Counted from the stretch's first letter, positions 19,801 to 33,520 are shown. The stretch: 64,000 bases of DNA from Polymyxa betae A26-41 (GCA_003693705.1 RBZT01000989.1:9656-73655); one strand, 5' to 3'. Notes: generated by a model not told the origin, from the sequence alone. Made by a program: numbers and translations.

Positions 19801-22800
19801 ATGTTGGTCAACATATTCGATCTGAGGCTGAACAGATACTGGAACGTGCACGTGATCTGCGTCATGGAAATGGATCCCTTCTGAGAAAGAAGAAAGCATT
19901 GTCTGATACGATGAAATTGATGAGAGAGGTTGGATTACGTCATCATCAATCTGCTATTAAATCTACTACTCATATTGGTATAACTCATTGATTTGTACAA
20001 AGTTGTATTATATGAACACAATGTTCAGATACATCATCATTAGCAGCTATATTCCGAACTACAGCCTTATCACGATATGAATCTCAATTCTTAGATCTCA
20101 TCGAACTGATTCGGTCACTACGTCGTGCTGTCACATGTCATCATTCCGATCTAACTTCTATCGAAGCCCAACGTTGTCTTGGTTTACTGGTAATATATTC
20201 TGTCAATTGATTAGTGTTATACTGATTATAATTGATGCATCAGGAGCATATGTTCGCTATGATCATATCATGTAGAACTCGTCTATCAGAAATCGGTCAT
20301 GAACTTGAACATATAAGTAGATGGACCAATAATATTACACAGCTACATATTAGTAGTGGAACAGGTGAGCAGCAGATTTATGCATCATGACTCGCTCAGA
20401 ACTCATCATCTTCATTGCATAGATCGCATCGATCTAGATAAACTTGTCTCTGTCCAGGACCAGGTCATTCCAGCTCTGCAATACGCCACCCGTATCTATA
20501 CATGTCATGATAACGGAATTGAGATGGGTGTTGATATGGATCATGTTCGTGAATGTGAACGTCTTCTAGCAGCAGTACGACGTGATCGTGATCTCTTAGA
20601 ACAGATTCCTACAAATGATATCAGGTCTAAATATGATTCTGAACATGTTCATGAATGTATCCATACATTACATCTCGTACATAATCTATTACCACAATTA
20701 CCTTTCTCAGCATCATTCAACAATCTGTCCAATCGTCTTCAATCATATCTGGCAGCACCTATTAGAGATCAGTCCCATCATCAGTCAGATAAAGACGCAG
20801 ATGATGTGATCACTACATTGAAACTGCTGGCTGAACGTGTTCATCGATTACCAGGTCCAGGACCATCATGGACTGATACTCAGCAATATATCATGAACAT
20901 GATCACATGTCATGATATCCAGCGGGTACTGGCCCATCTCCATCATACGCAATGGTCCAGTACTAGTACAGATCAGTTGACAGATATTGAGGAATGTCTT
21001 CATGTTGTGCAATATGTTCATGAAGTTCAATATGAGGATCTATATGATCTATATGCCTCTCTTATATCATTAGCAACATGTTCTGCTACTATATTGAACA
21101 CCATATTTAGACAGGGATTCTGTCGTCGGGTGGATCAGTTCGTCTATAAAGATATGGGGAGGTCATAACTGATATGAATTTAGGGCGGAAGGTGATGATG
21201 AAGGTGATGAAGTCGCTGATGGTACTGGAATGGGTGAAGGTATTGGACATAATGATGTATCTGATCAATTGGATAATGAAGATCAATTATTGGGATTACA
21301 ATCTGATCAACATGAACAGAGCAATGATCAGGTCTGTTGTATAATGAGCTTTTATTTAGCAATGGATCTGATTGATGCTGATCTTTATAGCCAAATGAAT
21401 CTGTACAGGAAACAGAGCCTGGTATGGAGATGGAGAATGATTTTCAAGGAGATGTGCATGATGTTGATAACAATCAGGAGAAGGTATTAGAACATGATAT
21501 TGTACTATGTAGTTATGCTGATCTGTATATAATAGAATGAAGGAGATGATGATAATGATGATGATGATCAGGGTCCTGAACTTGATAAACAAATGTCTGA
21601 TAATAATGTTAATAATGATGAAGTTGTTGATGAACGTCTCTGGGATCATGATTTGGATCAGGAATCTGAACGTGATCAGAATCAAGATCAGGTAAATGGA
21701 TCAATCAATTCATATTCTTCAACGTTTGATGATTGAATGATAGAAGAACAATACGGGTGATCCCAATGAAATTTCTGCCAAACAGGATCGTCCTGATAAA
21801 TCTGATTCTGATAAGCAAGATGATAAATCCAGGTTTGTATTGCTAATCTTGATGGTATTTATCGGGATCACTGATCTTGGCTTTATAGGCCAGACAATAA
21901 TACTACTAATAATGAAGAGCCTGATCCTAATAATATGGATGATAATATGGAGGAATGTGAACCTGCTCAAGAGGTAAATCAGGTCATATCTCATAACATA
22001 AATGTATAATAATATGTCTAGGAGGAGAATCCAATCAATGGTAATGAGAATCATGATAATCATGATATTAATCAGGCCGATCTGGAATTGCCCGAAAACC
22101 TCAATCTTGATGAAGCCATGGAATGTGATGGCGACGATATAGACGATGATGGTGAAGATCATGACGATATGGATGGTGGATCAGATCCCAATGCAGATCT
22201 CACTGATCATGATGATAATGTTGATGATGATACTGCTGGAGCTGATGCTCAACTTCCTCCACAACAACCTGATCTTCAACAAATGAACAATGAAGGATTT
22301 CAACCTGATTGTCAGGTGAAACCAGTTTCGCTCTTGATACTGGGTCGTACTGGACGCTAATGTGAATTATCATCAGGAACAGGTTTCTGAAATGGATGGA
22401 GATGACGTACCATTAGATGACGATGAGGAAGAGCAACATACAGGTGTGGATAATGAATTAAAGGCGTCCTGTGATGAACAACCCGAATGTGCTGATCGTC
22501 CAGCAAATTCGAACTCGGACATGAATCAGGTCAGAGCAATAATTAGATCATAATGCATCTGAGTGTTAATATGAGATTGTGTGTATTAGGATATGATGGA
22601 TGATGATGATGTTAATGCTGATGGAGATCAGACTGGATCTCATCAAGTTAATGATAATAATGGACAGATCCGTCCTATTACTTCATGTATGTTTATTACA
22701 TAATAGTTACAGCTATAGACATTTAATATCTATATTCAGCAGGTGCTGATGGTGATCATCAGAAACAACAACAGAAAAGACGTCCCGAATCGGAATGGAA

Positions 22801-24349
22801 TCCGTTAAGGAGTCTGGCTGATGCTCAGGAACATTGGAAGCGCAAATGTGAAGTTCTTGAAGAATCTGCAGCTGAATTGGGTCCTGAACCAGCTGAAGAT
22901 CCCAATCGTCAACTTAACGATTTAGCTCAACACGTCGTATGTTTGAACTCGTTACTAACAATGATGAATTTGTGAACACGTTTCAGAGCGATGAGATGGC
23001 TGCTGATGGAGCTGCGTTAGCTGCATCTGCAGATCCGTTCCAGGTCGATGAAGATCAGGAGCAAACGTCCCCTGAGCAGGAGACAAGCGCTCCAGATCAG
23101 GGTGAATCGGTCCCCGATCTGGAAGAGGAACCACGAGCTCCGGATGACGAACTGTCACCAGACAAGGCGCCGCTCAACAAACAGAGGAAACGGCGACCGC
23201 AACAAGATTCAGCCGTGAACGAAGCCCAAGAAGCAAACCGAAACGACGACAATGAGAATGAGGTCAGTGGCGTTCTGATGGCATCCCGATATCGCTGATA
23301 AATCTGTTGCAGATGCAGATCGGTTCAGATTCGTCATTGAATCAAATCTCGCAAGTAATACGACCCACATCAATGGGGGATGATATCGAACCTGATCGAT
23401 CAGAACCTAATTCTGAATACGAGATGCGGTCTGATAAAGTAACGGGCCTATCTGAACAAGAAGAACGGCGGTGGCAGGAACTATGTTCAGCAACATCAGA
23501 TTTATCATCAGCATTATGTGAACAGTTACGTATCATGTTAGAGCCTCAAATTGCTTCCAGTTTGGGTGGTGCTTTCCGCTCAGGTATTTAATACTTCATT
23601 GCCATTTAATCTCTGTATTAATAATCTGCCTATTTCCAGGTAAACGTCTCTCGATTCGTCGTGTAATCAGTTATATTGCTTCATCATATCGACATGATCG
23701 GATCTGGTTACGTCGGTGTCGTCCATCGCGCCGCTCTTATGACATCGCCATCGCTATCGATGATTCTTTGTCGATGCGGGAGACTGGTGCCGGCACAATG
23801 GCGTTGCAATCATTGACGATCTTGGCTACAGCGTTAAATCGGTTAGAAGCTGGCAACCTGTCGGTTCTGAGATTCGGCGCTGGCGTCGATCTGTTATCGA
23901 AATCTTTCACGATAACAGAGGGCGCCCGAATTACATCCAGTTTCAGCTTCTCCGAATCGGAAACATGTTTCAGCAAGGTTCTTCAAAGCGGTCTGGACTT
24001 GTTTGATCAGGCCAGACAGACATCATCGATCGAGTTGCAGCATAATCAGCTCATGTTTGTTATTTCAGACGCGCGTATCCAACAGGACCGGCCCAATATC
24101 GCCCGGCTGCTGCGTCGTGCAGCACTCAACGATCAGTTCGTTGTCCTGGTTGTCATTGATAGCGCCGATGAAGCTGCCAGCATTGTTAATATGAAATCGG
24201 TCTCGTATCCGAATGGCCGACTTCAAGTTGATGATTATCTGACTGATTTCCCATTCCCCTTCTACATTATTCTCAGGAGAACTTCAGATCTACCGGTGGT
24301 CGTTGCTGATGCATTACGGCAATGGATTGAGCTCGTACAGAGGCAATGA
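7868..24349 (+). CDS. MDN1: Midasin (Rea1) AAA ATPase for 60S ribosome biogenesis, multi-exon
   Basis: Six Walker A motifs (GPGSCGKS, GETGNGKT, GPTSAGKT, GDTGLGKT, GSPGVGKT, GASCSGKT) and LLDE(I/L)NLA Walker B motifs, a long linker, a D/E-rich tail (~21.2-23.3 kb) and a C-terminal MIDAS/VWA domain (IAIDDSLSM...FPFPFY...LPVVVADALRQW). Confidence 0.97.
8402..8427 (+). repeat. Telomere-like (CCCTAAA/CCCTAAAA) tract inside the first midasin intron
   Basis: AAACCCTAAAACCCTAGACCCTAACC lies within intron 8393-8443. Confidence 0.6.
10042..10056 (+). repeat. Telomere-like (TTTAGGG) tract inside a midasin intron
   Basis: CTAGGGTTTAGGGTT immediately follows the GT donor at 10040. Confidence 0.5.
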
Positions 24350-25191
24350 TTCTGTTAATAAATAATCCAATAGAAATCTCTGGCTCTCATTCCCTTATAT
24401 GTTAACTTGAAACAAAACAGTCATTCTGGGGCGTTCAAACGCCTCAATTCTCAACTGTTATTTAAATGTAAACTTTTATTCAATTCATACATCGCGATGA
24501 GCAATTCAAATTCAGTCCTGGTGAAGTGCGTTTCTGGGCAGGCGAGGTTTAGGAATCAAATAATACCCCCATTGGAATATTGTCCACACTTGATAACCGA
24601 CAATGAGATGAATATCAATGCATGGAAGAATGCTCGGGAATCTATCCCTTAACCGTCTAAAAGCAGCACAGCACCACTCTTTGTCAAACAAGACACCACG
24701 ATGTGAACAAACGGGTCGAATTGAGCATCGTTGAGATAAAATCAGGTGTTGGCTGCTCGGTGGGGATTGGGGTAACGAGATTACTTGATGAAAGTGCCAG
24801 AAAAAATGTTCAAACTTCTGTAATCAGGTGGAACGCATACGAGCCGTAACTATTACAGATGCTAGGAAGCCCAAGGATTGCCCTAAGACTATCTGAAGAT
24901 ACAGAACCGCCTGCAGAGAAAGATCAGAGACACCAGATAGAGTAATCCCCTCCAATCCAATCGGGTGAATTGCCCGATGGGCGATAGCTATCAGCAAACA
25001 GCTCCTGTCAGGACGGTTTCGAGAGAAAAACAAATTCAGAAGAACTTAAGACAGCTTCCGCTTTGAAAACGATCACGTACAGGTCCAACAAAACAAGTTT
25101 ACACAAGTGTAGAAAGCTTACAGATCGAATGAATAATCGTTTAGTAGAGATCGAACATTGGTTTCCAAATAAATAGAGCACTGGTTACAAA

Positions 25192-26781
25192 TTAACAATA
25201 CAAACTGGAAGCGATTTCATAGAAACGCTGTGAAGGCTCAATGAGATCATGATCCCAAGCAGGGCCTAAAGTATTTCTAAGCTCTTGAATGAATTCATCA
25301 ACATCCGAGACACTGATGTAAAGACGCGATGCCTATAAGATAAATGATCACGTTCATCAAATGCAAAAAATGGTCACACATACTGTTTCGTAAAAGTGAT
25401 CGGCTGGATGGGTCATACCGCTTAGAGATCGAATAACAATATTCTGTTCACAGAATAAGTTCGAGTGGATAAACGGAAACGTAACCCAACCTTGTCTAAA
25501 ATCATATCGATGGTATCAAACCAGAGATCCTTATTTAATCTTTCCCTTAATGCATTAGATAATGGTAACCGCTGTCGAACACGTCGTGAGACTTTTCGTG
25601 CTATTGATGAAATACCACGTCTCTTGCCATTCACAGAAGAATCTCCATCTGATATACACGAGGCGATTACATAAAGAACATGAATAGTAAACAGAAACAT
25701 TTCGTACGGAGCAATTTGACATCATCAATGATACAAGGAGTAATGGGGCCTTCACCACCTGTTCCAGCTTGAACTGTATCTTCAGCCCTTTCATCACGTT
25801 GCCATGATCTAGTGTAAGTATAATTTGTTAAGAGATTTCAAGCAAGGAGAGAAATAAGCAAAACAATAAAAAAGACACGGGCTCAGATATTGAAGAGACA
25901 TCAAGACATGCAAACTTACTTTTTTGTGGAATCTGGAAGCCAGCGATCGACAACATTATCGGTGACACCAATAACCCTATCCCATGTTTCTACAAATATT
26001 GATAACGATTAAACCGATTCGATAATATGATAAACGCACAAACCTGAAATTTGACCAATCGCAGAATGGATTTTGGAGCGACCAAGGCCAATCGCTCCAC
26101 GAACAAATCGCCCTAAGCCCATGATAGCAGTTGCTGTTCGAGCTGTGGCATAGAAGACTCGGGATGGGTGAGTTAAACGATCATCCCAGGTATGACCCAA
26201 ACGTTGTCGTAATGTAGTCACGAATTCATCACAAGTGGCATTTGGATCCAGATCGAAATAGCACGAGACTGCAGTGACGTAGAAATATTCAGCAGCAGAG
26301 GCAGATAGGATACTCTCGACATGGCTAAACCATGCTGATGACATAAAGGTTCGTTTCAATGAATCCCAGCAAGCGCGAGTATTTCGAATTGAATGATCAG
26401 CAACCTATCAGTTGAGAATTAAGAGAAAGTCATCGCATGATATTCGACCGATTACAGCAACATGACGAATGGCATCAACAATACTATCAATGCGATCATC
26501 GATCGAAGATACGATTGGGTCGGCAAGCTTCACCACAGGTTCGACAAAACGTCCAACAGATGACAATGTGTATTTAGCAACACCTTCAGATAGTAATTTA
26601 AACCCATTCTGTAATATTTATAACCAACCCACTTACTGCTTTGATTGATAAGGCCATTAGCACCACGATTTAGGGCGATGACAGTCTTGCGTATATACTG
26701 ATTCCCCCTATGTTGTAGATCGAGGGATTCATCGGATTGATCAGTATCTGAGTCGGACAAATCGCAATCATGTTCAGACAT
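25192..26781 (-). CDS. Hypothetical protein with two copies of an internal repeat, multi-exon
   Basis: Several open exons are separated by GT-AG introns. Repeat 1 reads DEFVTTLRQRLGHTWDDRLTHPSRVFY and repeat 2 reads DEFIQELRNTLGPAWDHDLIEPSQRFY. The start codon is uncertain. Confidence 0.7.
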
Positions 26782-26821
26782 TGATAACACCAGCAATGCT
26801 GTTAGTGTGATTTATTTCAGT

Positions 26822-26851
26822 GAGAGTAGAGAGCGAGAGAGAGAGAGTGTG
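26822..26851. repeat. Imperfect (GA)n/(GT)n microsatellite
   Basis: gagagtagagagcgagagagagagagtgtg. Confidence 0.7.
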
Positions 26852-26939
26852 TTAGATAGCAAAGATGAACAGCAAGCAGCATGTGAAGTGACGGACTAAC
26901 AACCTCTCCGTATTAATATTTAACATCACTAATTCAATA

Positions 26940-28835
26940 TCATACACTTGTTCGAGATTGACCACATTCAATCAGAACGTCAACATTCACATACTTCTCT
27001 CGTGGCTTTCCTGTTGCTTTACCTCGCCCGATCTCGCTTAAATCGATTACTTTCCACATGTTTTTGTCTATTATAATGGCTCCTCTGCTGACCAGGCTGT
27101 TCCATAGATCCTGGCGATCCGCATCTGTGGTCGATTCTGTTTTAATATCCGAGAGGATAGCAGTAACCGTTTCTTGGGCGTCTGTAATATTTGATCCAAT
27201 GATACCTTGTTATGAAATCACTTATAAACTGGGATATGAGTTTGAAGCATCGCATATAATGCATACCTGATGGTCCACGTTTTATCCATCCTGCAACATA
27301 CACGAATGGTACAGGTTCACCATTACTTTGTACAGCTCTTCCATAAATACTTGGAATGATTCCTAATTTGTCGTCAAAGGGTAACCCCTGTATTGGCATA
27401 GATCTACATTTTGTTAGCTCAAACCATAGAGCAAATGCTTTTGTTAATGTCACCTATATCCAACACTTCGAATAACCAGACCAGCTTTGATGACTTCAAA
27501 TTCACCTGCTTCTTGTACCGCCTATCAAATATGAGAAGTATCGAAAACCCTTTCAAGAGAAACAGTACTTGATTATTAGACTCTCCAGTCAGCTTTGTAC
27601 GATCAAACACGACAGCGCCCACCATATCAGGATGCTTTTCATCAGGAATAATCTCAATCGGCTTCAGATTAAATCGAAAGTAGAGACCATCTTGTGTAAA
27701 GTCTTTAACGGGTTCAGCTTTAGACAGAATCTAAATTGGGTTCAAATCATTCTTTCAAATCATCTACGAACCTCATTGTGGCTCATGCAATCAAAATCTG
27801 TACCTCCATTTTACGGCGAACTGCACGAGTATTGCATTCGGAAATAGTAGCAGGTGTCATTAAACTTGTATCTAGGGCACATTGTTCGACTATTTAGAAA
27901 GTAAATCGAATTCGGAAGGCATTCATCAACCAGATAAATACCAAACGTTTTGAAAGAAGTCATTTTCACAATTTCTCGAAGTTCTTTGTTGGTAAAGGCC
28001 GCCTACGTTGAAATCAGGGTTAAGATTCCAGAAAGGATTAACAAACCTGAGGGGCTCCACGTCTTCCTACAACAAAGACTCGTTTAATTAAACTGTTGGA
28101 GAGAGTTTCGTACGCTTCTTGAGTCATATCAGTCTTTTGAAATGCAGAATGATGACAGGAGAGGACTCGAGCTACGTCCAATGCAACGTTGCCTAAAGAA
28201 CATTTACAAACAATTGAATGAATGTTGATAGACATCACCATTTCCTATAATAACAGCATCGTGGACGGCCAGGTTATATTTATCATGGGCATGATCAGGG
28301 TGCCCATTATACCAATTCACGAACGCCCTGGCGGTGATAGAATTCTTCAAATTCTCGCCGGGGATTCCCAATGACTTCTCAGAAGCTTCAATCAAGATAA
28401 GCAAAGATCGGGTTTAGAGGGAAGTATTGGCAACCTGCCCCAGAAGCAACCACTACTCCATCATATGCACAACGAAGCTCATCGATTGTGACATCTCGAC
28501 CGACCTCGACATTACCGAAAAACCGGCACCGTTCGTCGTTGAGTGTTTCTTGAAAATCATTTGTTACGATTTTAGTTTCCGGATGATCTGGAGCGACACC
28601 ATAACGAACCAGACCAAATGGAGTCGGTAGTCTCTCAATCCTTTACTGCATTTTTAGAAATTCGAATTTGAATCGTGACTGAAGCTGACATGTCAACAGA
28701 GATGTTAGGGCTATGTCGTAGAAGATATTTGCTCGTATAGAACGCTGATGGCCCTGAACCGACAACAGCAATATGAATGGTCCTATGAAGGCCTTGCCAC
28801 GATCCATGCAGAGCATGTCTGAAGCTGACCATCAT
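26940..28835 (-). CDS. FDXR: NADPH:adrenodoxin oxidoreductase (ferredoxin reductase), mitochondrial, multi-exon
   Basis: [69 protein letters not shown] and C-terminal GKPREK. Stop TGA at 26940-26942. Confidence 0.95.
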
Positions 28836-29048
28836 GATGACAACTCAGACGTGATCTGATCCACGCAAACCCATTGATATATAGACCTGTCTATCCAAGG
28901 GCAAATCAAGATCATACAATACGATTTCATTGCCTAATTCACATACGGAGTGATACAATTCGTGTTTATTAAATATGACTGAATGAGATATCTGTGACAA
29001 GACAATGCCTTTCATCTGGATCATGAGGGGTTATGAGGGCACTTTGCT

Positions 29049-29771
29049 ATGAGAGAGAATCAAACAGCAACCGCTCAACTAGACCATTATCTCGCTGCTA
29101 ATTATCCACATCTGTTTTCCAATCCATATTCACAGCCTTCAAGCAATCTATCCTCACAAACCTTGGTTGCCACTCCCGTCTCTTCCAATCATCAGACTGA
29201 ATGCGTTACGAATCTATCGTCCGCTAATGCTTCACCATCAGAACTGCAGCATAGCAGTACTTCTCCTGTATTGAAAGATTGTCCTGAATGTTTGACACGC
29301 TCGTTGCATTCAAAGCCCTGGAAACGGCCGCTGAAGACAGCCAATGATTCCTTCGACAGGCTTTCTCATCTATCTAATTCTCCCAAAGTGACTTTAAGCG
29401 ACGACGAGTGTGGCAGTTTCCTGGAAAGTGATGAAAATATCTCATTGTTTGGCAGCGATGAGGATTCCATAGATCAAACCACTTTCAAACTAAAACGCCA
29501 TACCAATTATTCGCTGAGATCAGTTCCAGGAAAAAGCACAATCGAAGCAAAGGTTGAAGAGCTTCTGAGCGAATACCGAGACGGTTTGGAATCATCTTGG
29601 TTTCGGACACCTGATCAAAGCAATATTTTTGATGATGACTCCAGTGATGATGTAGACGCAAGTCAATATGCATTATCTGAGACTGAAGCCCCAGATACAA
29701 TTGAAGCTGTCTGGCGACAAAGGCCATTTCGGAAGGAGACAGTTCAGAGACAGAATAAAACGTTCCATTGA
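29049..29771 (+). CDS. Hypothetical Ser-rich/acidic protein
   Basis: Uninterrupted 240-aa ATG ORF divergent from FDXR with no recognisable domain. It may have a further 3' exon. Confidence 0.55.
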   Translation: MRENQTATAQLDHYLAANYPHLFSNPYSQPSSNLSSQTLVATPVSSNHQTECVTNLSSANASPSELQHSSTSPVLKDCPECLTRSLHSKPWKRPLKTANDSFDRLSHLSNSPKVTLSDDECGSFLESDENISLFGSDEDSIDQTTFKLKRHTNYSLRSVPGKSTIEAKVEELLSEYRDGLESSWFRTPDQSNIFDDDSSDDVDASQYALSETEAPDTIEAVWRQRPFRKETVQRQNKTFH

Positions 29772-29932
29772 TCGAATATGTGAAATATGACTTCGTCAAT
29801 GGTTAAACTTGAACCATAACCAAAAAGGTAAATCGATGAGGGCTGACAGGGGAATACTTGATGGAATTGGCAACTCATATACACGTTGGATGTGAAAGTC
29901 TGCGACGTTTATCGAGAAAAATACAGCAAATA

Positions 29933-32900
29933 CTATTTGGGTTTGGAAACAGATGCCGACATAAACCTTCTTGCTGATGCCTCGAGCTCCAGTAAGATTG
30001 GATGGTCCTTGGATTGAAAGTAATTCCTTAAAATCGGAGCACATCTGTTATGGTATACGCGTGCTTGTTCAAAATCTCCAAGTTGAATATAGAGTTTCAC
30101 TTAAATACTGTTAAAAAAGTATAGTTTAAAACGTTGACCATTGACAGACCTAATTGACAGGTCGTCAGAGCGACCAAAATGCTATCCTGACCATGAAGAC
30201 GTTCTTCTAATTTGATTAACCGTAGCAAAGCATCTCTTGCTAGATCATATTCACTTTGGACGCTATAACATTTTGCTAAGTCAATCAAAACCTCGGCACG
30301 ATAATGCAAAGCAGAGTCTAATTTTGTCAAAGTCATCAGTGCCTCCTCCTATTGAAAAATGAGCAACTGCAACCAAGAGCAAACTAGTTCTATCATTTAC
30401 CTGCAACTGCCTTTGAATTCCGAATTGTCCCAATCGGCCTTCACATCTTCCTAGTTCCGCCATAGTCAACGCAGAGGGTTCACTCTCAGCCCCATGAATC
30501 GTTTGTTCTAATGCCAAGACCTACAACAAACTGATGACAGATGCTACGCTTTGACAAACTTCGAAATCGCTAACCCTCTTTAAAAACTTTTTATGACGGT
30601 GATAATCACCAAGCTCACAAGAGGCTTTACCGAATAGTTTGAGCATGGCAGAAAAAATGACGTGATTTGTTCCATAGATATTTTCGATAATCCCTAGCGA
30701 CTTCTGGTAATATTCCGTCAGTATACTGGAATCGCCTGAATTCCATCAATCTGGGGTCGTGATAGCAGTATTATACGAGATACCTTGCCTGGCATGACAT
30801 AATGCCAAATGTGCCAAGATAAAAGCAACGCGACGATCCTGCGCCCCATAAAGAGATTGGGCTAATGTCAATGTTTCATCAAGGTATCGCTGAGATTCTC
30901 GCAATTGGCCTAAATCTATCACCCCTCAGAGTCAGTACGAACGAAGAAACATTTGAGAGCTAACCATCTGCAACACCAGCAAGTTCCCAGAGGGTTTGCA
31001 AAACAGTAGAAGTTGTAGCCCCATAGCGTTTTCGTTTGATGTCGAGAACACGCTCCAATGTTGTCCGAGCTGACTGGAATTCTTCCGACTCCGAATATGT
31101 TCGAGCTAACATCGAAAGAGTCCAGATTAACTTGGGAGAATCTCGCTCAACTGGATCTCGATCCTACAGATTCATGTTAAGAAAAACACTAGCAGCATTG
31201 ATAGGCAATGGATGTAGCCTTTCCGAATTCACACAAAGCCAAAAAAAGCCAAAAAAACCTGTATAGTTACAGCCTTTTGCAGGATTTCTTTCTCCTTCTG
31301 AAATTCACCTAAAGAATTGAATGCAGAAGCCAATGTTCTCATGACAGGGACTAGTCCAATGTCATCAGGTCCACGTAAATTGACTCGAATTGAGAGTTCA
31401 CGCAAGCATGCATCACGTTGATGTTCATGGTCTCCCAGTTTTTGGTAAGCTGCTGACATCAAGGACAGTGCATCTGTCAACACTTCACAATCCTCTTTCA
31501 TAGTTGAATTCTCTAATTATAGCCTTTAGTACAAAGGAAAGTCTCCTGCAAAAAAGGATTACCTAGAATGCGAGCAGCACGTTCAGAATTGGCAATCTGC
31601 TCTGGTAGTTTATCAAGCCGAGCATAAGCATGTCCTAAAGCGCTCTTAGATTATCGAACCAATCTTACATTTGACCCATCACCAAGGAAAACCAACGTCC
31701 TTGCGAGCTCTGGATGGTCTGGACCAAATTCTTCCTCGTCGATCAGTCGAGCACGTTCCAGTTCTGTTATCGCATGCGGATCGTCTCCCAGATTTAAATA
31801 GGCTTGGCCAAGTGATGTTAGGGTTCCAGACACTTTAGCATGAACTTCTCCATAGTTTAACTAAAGCATCTTCAGCAACTGAGAAGAACGTTTTGCATGA
31901 GCTGTATAAGATTGTTTGAAAAGCAAGGGAAAAGCGAAACAGGTTTCAGTTTGTACCTCTCTCAGCTTAAGGAGATTGACTAAAACATCTTTTTGCCTTT
32001 CGTAATTGCCCGATTCTTCATAAAATGAAGCAAGTTCTGCGAGCGGCTCTTCCACCGATATAGACAATTCGCCGTCAAGCAACTGCCGATCACGAACTTG
32101 AGACATAAGGCGACTTTCTTCGCGAATCTAACAGCAGTCCCATTAAATGTCTATCTGCAGAACTAAACAACACACCTGAGAGTCACTGTCTGGAGTGGCA
32201 TTGAGAGCCATACCAGCAGCAACATGCTGCACATGAACAACATCGACTGATGCCTGAGCTGATGGGGCTGTCATAGGCTCCAAGACATCAGCGTCGCCGA
32301 AAGCCATACTCCCACTTGAGGGAGAGCCTCGATGATGAACAGAGATTCGATTTGGAAAATTCTGTAATAGCTGTGATTCAATTCACTAATTGATAGGTGT
32401 TAACTTGTATACCTTTAATGGTTCATATTCGTTTGAGCCACTCCTCGGCGAACCGACTCGGTTGTCCTCTTTCAAAGAACCGGAATCCGCTTTGTTCAAT
32501 TTTCGACCAATTGAGTCAAATCTTCCAGAGCCGACTGACTGCGTTCGAGGTTCAACGGATGTATAAGAAGTAGTGGATTCGGTGCGGCGATGAGGCTCAA
32601 ATTTTCCAGATCCAGTGGAGGTGCGAGGTGAGTCGAGCCCGAAATCCGAGCCGGTCGAGGATCCTCCCGAAATTGATTTGGCAAGCCGAGTTCCCAAAGC
32701 TATGTGAGTCGGAGGCTTCGTAGGTGGACTTGGTAGAGCCTGGAAAGAAAATAATCAGTTTTTTGTTGCCGAATCATCACAGACACTTCAGCAGGATAAG
32801 AAATGAACATTAACAAAATTAATGTTAACAAAACGGACATGAAAAAGAGCAAACTGACTCGATTTGGTCCTCTTTCATTTATGGGAGTTATACTGTTTAT

Positions 32901-33038
32901 GTTTACAGGAGAATCATTAGATCCTTGGCGAACAGGTCGCTGATATCCTGCTCCAAGCTGAAGAGATGATCGTAAAATTGCATTACGGTTTTGTGGCTGC
33001 TGCTGCTGTTGTTGTGCTGCAGGGTAAGCCCCAGACAT
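29933..33038 (-). CDS. TPR-repeat protein (kinesin light chain/nephrocystin-3-like repeats) with a disordered polyQ/Ser N-terminus, multi-exon
   Basis: Repeated units such as TLTSLGQAYLNLGD...ELERARLIDEEEFGPDHPELA and MRTLASAFNSLGEFQKEKEILQKA. Last exon ends SVSKPK* at 29933. Confidence 0.85.
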
Positions 33039-33463
33039 TAATTACTAACGGAGACTCTACCCTTAATCTTAAGGCTGTGACGAGACCAAAATCATCCCGA
33101 TCAGGCAAGCGGCACGAGGCCTGAAATCTGGGATCTTCCGGATTACCAGATGGAGATTGTCCAGGTGTTGAACCTCCCTTAGGGTTCCACAATCATCCAC
33201 TGACTTACTATATAATATTTGTCGTCGTCCTCAGTATGGAAGCATGAGAACACTTAAATTCATGATAAACCCAATTGAGGAGAGACACAAGTTGTAACCA
33301 AAGTGGGATTGGATTGGTTTCTTCTGGTTCGGATTGCTAGAGACAGTGCAGAGACCTTCTGCACATAGCCTGATCGTAATCATAAAAATTATGAGCTCCT
33401 ACAACCGGATTCGAAACCTTTTTGCGTTGTAAAGGGATTGTAACGATAACTGAGGCTGTTAGA

Positions 33464-33495
33464 ATCAGTGATCACAGTCCGTAGTGATCACTGAT
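33464..33495. promoter_or_regulatory. 12-bp perfect inverted repeat in the TPR/COG8 divergent promoter
   Basis: ATCAGTGATCAC-agtccgta-GTGATCACTGAT, ending 26 bp upstream of the COG8 ATG. Confidence 0.45.
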
Positions 33496-33520
33496 CACCT
33501 AAACATTTTCTGTTTTATTT

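Noticed and set aside
21180-22700. GAT/GATGAT low-complexity repeats and hydrophobic antisense ORFs
   Set aside because: Explained by the Asp/Glu-rich tail of midasin. It is not an array or a separate gene.
24400-25140. Coding-like intergenic stretch after midasin
   Set aside because: There are stops in all frames and no recognisable domain, TIR or RNA motif. It may be decayed sequence, but this is unsupported.
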